Positions 23,307 through 25,221 of a stretch of DNA of 25,221 nt are shown here, one piece after another (within the stretch, counting starts at the first letter, position 1; every line of letters starts with the position of its first letter). The DNA lies in contig JBBIMK010000029.1 of NCBI GenBank assembly GCA_037444445.1, forward strand, positions 1 to 25,221, given 5' to 3'. The notes beneath the pieces were generated by a model. It had not been told where the DNA came from and did no database searches. It saw nothing but the letters and a program-made list of their open reading frames with translations. A program made the translations under genes and the position numbers. This DNA comes from a bacterium (GTDB lineage Bacteria; UBP7; UBA6624; JBBIMK01).

Positions 23307-24727
23307 ATCAAGATGAATTAAATGCAAAACTAAAATATTACTTTAGCGATTGCGTTGTTAATAAGAAACTCTCTGAAAGACAGGAAATAATTAGGATTCC
23401 AAGGTTTGTTTCTGAGAACCTTTTAACAAAAATTTCTGTTTATGAAAATGACAAAGAACTCTTTTCTGAAAAACTTGCCAAAATGATAGAGTTTATCACT
23501 AATCACTTTCCTGAACCAAGGGATAAAGATAAAATCCTGAATAAACTACTCGAAAAACAAGAATATGAAATTATAGACGAATTCCGGGTTGAAGTGGATA
23601 TAAAAAATGGCATCAAAAAGGCTCACATCCCTTCCCTGAACATCAGAAACGCAATGATCCTTGATTCCATAATTAATGAAAATGAAAATCTGCTTTCTAC
23701 TGGTATCTGGGGATTTGCAAAACTGAGATATACTGACCCAGTATGCGATGAAAATGAAAACCCTCTTACCGTTCCTGTTCTGATAGAAAGTTTTAAACCC
23801 TTTCAGGTTTCCAATATTGATATGAAAGATTTTATTACAAAGAGAGAGCATTTTACCCTTGATGAATGGATTGATGTAATCATTAATACCATAGGTTTGA
23901 ATCCAAGCATCTTTGATAAGGAGCAAAAGTTAATATTAATTTCCCGCTTCATTCCGCTCGTTGAAAACAATGTAAGTATGCTTGAATTTGGCCCTCGTGC
24001 AACAGGAAAAACATATTTTTACAGGAATATATCCTTTTATACCAGGATAATTTCAGGGGGTCATTTAAGCCCTGCGGTTCTGTTTTATAATATTGCCACA
24101 AAAACTGTAGGAGAAATAGGAATAAAAGATTGTATGGTATTTGATGAAATAGCCAAAATCAGATTCATAAATGCTGACGAAATGATGGGAAAACTGAAGG
24201 ATTACATGGAGAGTTCTCATTTTGAAAGAGGTCCTAAAAAAACAACCTCTACATGCTCAATGGTATTTATGGGGAATGTGGATGTTAAAGGATTTATTCC
24301 TGTGGAAGATTTTACTTATATATTACCAGAATTTATGAGAGACAGCGCTTTTGTGGATAGGATTAACGGTATAATACTAGGATGGAAGTTGCCAAAAATT
24401 AAGAAACCTGAAATCCATCTTTCTCAAAATTATGGATTTTCTTCTGACTATTTTTCTGAAATCCTTCACGAATTAAGAAAAATAGACTTCCAAACAGAAT
24501 TAAAAAGGATTGTGGATTTGGAAAATGTAACCATAAGGGACTATAAGAGCGTTTTTAAATTGTTAAGTGGCATGATGAAAATCTTATTTCCTCACAAAAA
24601 GTGGGAAGTGCCTGAGTTTGAGAGAATAATAACCTTTTGCATAGGATATCGCGAGATGGTCTGTGAATGGCTGCATAAAATGGCACCTGGGGAGTTTGAA
24701 AGGAAGAGAATTGTGTTTAAAGTATGA
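23303..24727 (+). CDS. BrxL-like AAA+ ATPase (short form, no room for a Lon-like C-terminal domain)
   Basis: It has Walker A FGPRATGKTYFY (23990-24013) and Walker B CMVFDEIA (GATGAA 24143-24148). The N-terminus LNAKLKYYFSDCVVNKKL and the core ..GPR.TGK..Y......ISGG......LF.N......G.....D...FDE.. resemble BrxL as I remember it. The ATG at 23303 overlaps the MazF stop (ATGA); an alternative ATG is at 23291. Confidence 0.7.
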   Translation: MNQDELNAKLKYYFSDCVVNKKLSERQEIIRIPRFVSENLLTKISVYENDKELFSEKLAKMIEFITNHFPEPRDKDKILNKLLEKQEYEIIDEFRVEVDIKNGIKKAHIPSLNIRNAMILDSIINENENLLSTGIWGFAKLRYTDPVCDENENPLTVPVLIESFKPFQVSNIDMKDFITKREHFTLDEWIDVIINTIGLNPSIFDKEQKLILISRFIPLVENNVSMLEFGPRATGKTYFYRNISFYTRIISGGHLSPAVLFYNIATKTVGEIGIKDCMVFDEIAKIRFINADEMMGKLKDYMESSHFERGPKKTTSTCSMVFMGNVDVKGFIPVEDFTYILPEFMRDSAFVDRINGIILGWKLPKIKKPEIHLSQNYGFSSDYFSEILHELRKIDFQTELKRIVDLENVTIRDYKSVFKLLSGMMKILFPHKKWEVPEFERIITFCIGYREMVCEWLHKMAPGEFERKRIVFKV

Positions 24728-24763
24728 GTATATTGCATATCGCCACCAAGCAAAACAGTCGTC

Positions 24764-24840
24764 TCATAAGGAAACAAAAGGAATGAGCGAGGAAGGAACT
24801 ATGGCAAATAATAAAGTGGAAAAAATTAACACTGAAGAAA
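24764..24840 (+). repeat. 77-bp perfect direct repeat R2 (right copy)
   Basis: It is identical to 18425-18501. It begins 37 nt after the BrxL-like stop. Confidence 0.95.
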
Positions 24841-24902
24841 AGTTACCAATTCCCACAATTTTGACACCTGAAAAATTTTTTGAATTCAAGGAGGAGGTGT
24901 AA
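24841..24902 (+). pseudogene. 3' remnant of a second PIN gene, fused in frame to the R2-encoded start (chimeric micro-ORF 24783-24902)
   Basis: KLPIPTILTPEKFFEFKEEV-stop parallels the C-terminus of the intact PIN protein, GLPIPQMVTPEDFFEEV-stop. The same SD/stop/start geometry follows (ggaggaggtgtaatATG). Confidence 0.7.
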
Positions 24903-24903
24903 T

Positions 24904-25113
24904 ATGCCCAGAAGAGAAGTTTCAGAGGAGGAAAAAGAAAAAATACGCAAACGTGTTGAGATAGAATTTCCTGAGGATAAGTGCTTGCAGGAAATTCACT
25001 ACTATAGATATATTTTAGAGTTAGAATGGGAAACTATGACGCCAGAGGAAATATTGATGGATATAAAAGAAGGCGCTCGCCGGGTGAAAGAGGGAATGAA
25101 AGAAGAACATTGA
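24904..25113 (+). CDS. paralog of the small PIN-partner protein
   Basis: MPRREVSEEEKEKIRKRVEIEFPEDKCLQEIHYYRYILELEWETMTPEEI.. aligns with the product of 18190-18390. The SD is AAGGAGGAGGTG. Confidence 0.7.
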   Translation: MPRREVSEEEKEKIRKRVEIEFPEDKCLQEIHYYRYILELEWETMTPEEILMDIKEGARRVKEGMKEEH

Positions 25114-25145
25114 AAAACTATGCGATGATACCGCAAGTTCATATC

Positions 25146-25216
25146 ACACAGCATAAAAGGTTCGCTCCTTACAGCACTTCCCCCCATTTTTGCTTCGCAA
25201 ATACTTCTTTTATGCC
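25146..25216. repeat. Island-flanking repeat R1 (right copy)
   Basis: It matches 17608-17679 with 2 mismatches. The terminal inverted repeat is 10/11 here. The window ends 5 nt later. Confidence 0.8.
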
Positions 25217-25221
25217 GGGAA

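Noticed and set aside
18387-24727. Canonical BREX locus (pglX + brxL)
   Set aside because: No PglZ, BrxA, BrxB or BrxC-like ORF is anywhere in the window. The methyltransferase carries a nuclease-type D-x8-ExK motif, and the BrxL-like protein is too short for a Lon-like domain. I therefore report it as a BREX-related hybrid, not BREX. Genes beyond the right edge cannot be excluded.
1-25221. CRISPR arrays, tRNA/rRNA genes, transposases or integrases
   Set aside because: There are no regularly spaced short repeats and no tRNA-like cloverleaves. No ORF has DDE, tyrosine-recombinase or serine-recombinase signatures.

Overview
This is a bacterial chromosomal window. ExbB/ExbD/TonB and an SLH-domain protein suggest a diderm host. 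It spans the replication origin, with a DnaA-box cluster at 15088-15166 followed by dnaA. It has three parts.

(1) 1-6.9 kb is an accessory array. A divergent QueC-like PP-loop ATPase and an alpha/beta hydrolase are followed by three tandem paralogous cassettes. Each cassette holds a Cys-rich, EF-hand-loop lipoprotein, a CPBP/Abi-like membrane protein and a small membrane protein. Each unit is preceded by a repeated GC-hairpin leader. Two of the three lipoprotein genes are split immediately after the signal peptide, at homopolymer runs.

(2) 6.9-17.3 kb is mostly housekeeping: a pentaheme cytochrome c, exbB-exbD-tonB, a large surface protein, an SLH protein, a PduO-type adenosyltransferase, Leu/Val dehydrogenase, aroQ, oriC, dnaA and a secreted hypothetical protein.

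(3) 17.4-25.2 kb is a visibly AT-rich island. A PIN-like gene with a small partner is followed by a tightly overlapping four-gene operon: an MmeI-like nuclease/N6-adenine methyltransferase fusion (1263 aa), a 266-aa unknown, a MazF/PemK toxin, and a short BrxL-like AAA+ ATPase. No PglZ or BrxA/B/C is visible in the window.

The operon is bracketed by perfect 77-bp direct repeats. The whole island is bracketed by ~70-bp repeats, and a chimeric PIN remnant sits at the right junction. This operon is my best candidate for an undescribed composite defence system. The leader-linked lipoprotein/CPBP array is the second candidate.

All functional calls come from motif recognition by eye; no database searches were run.
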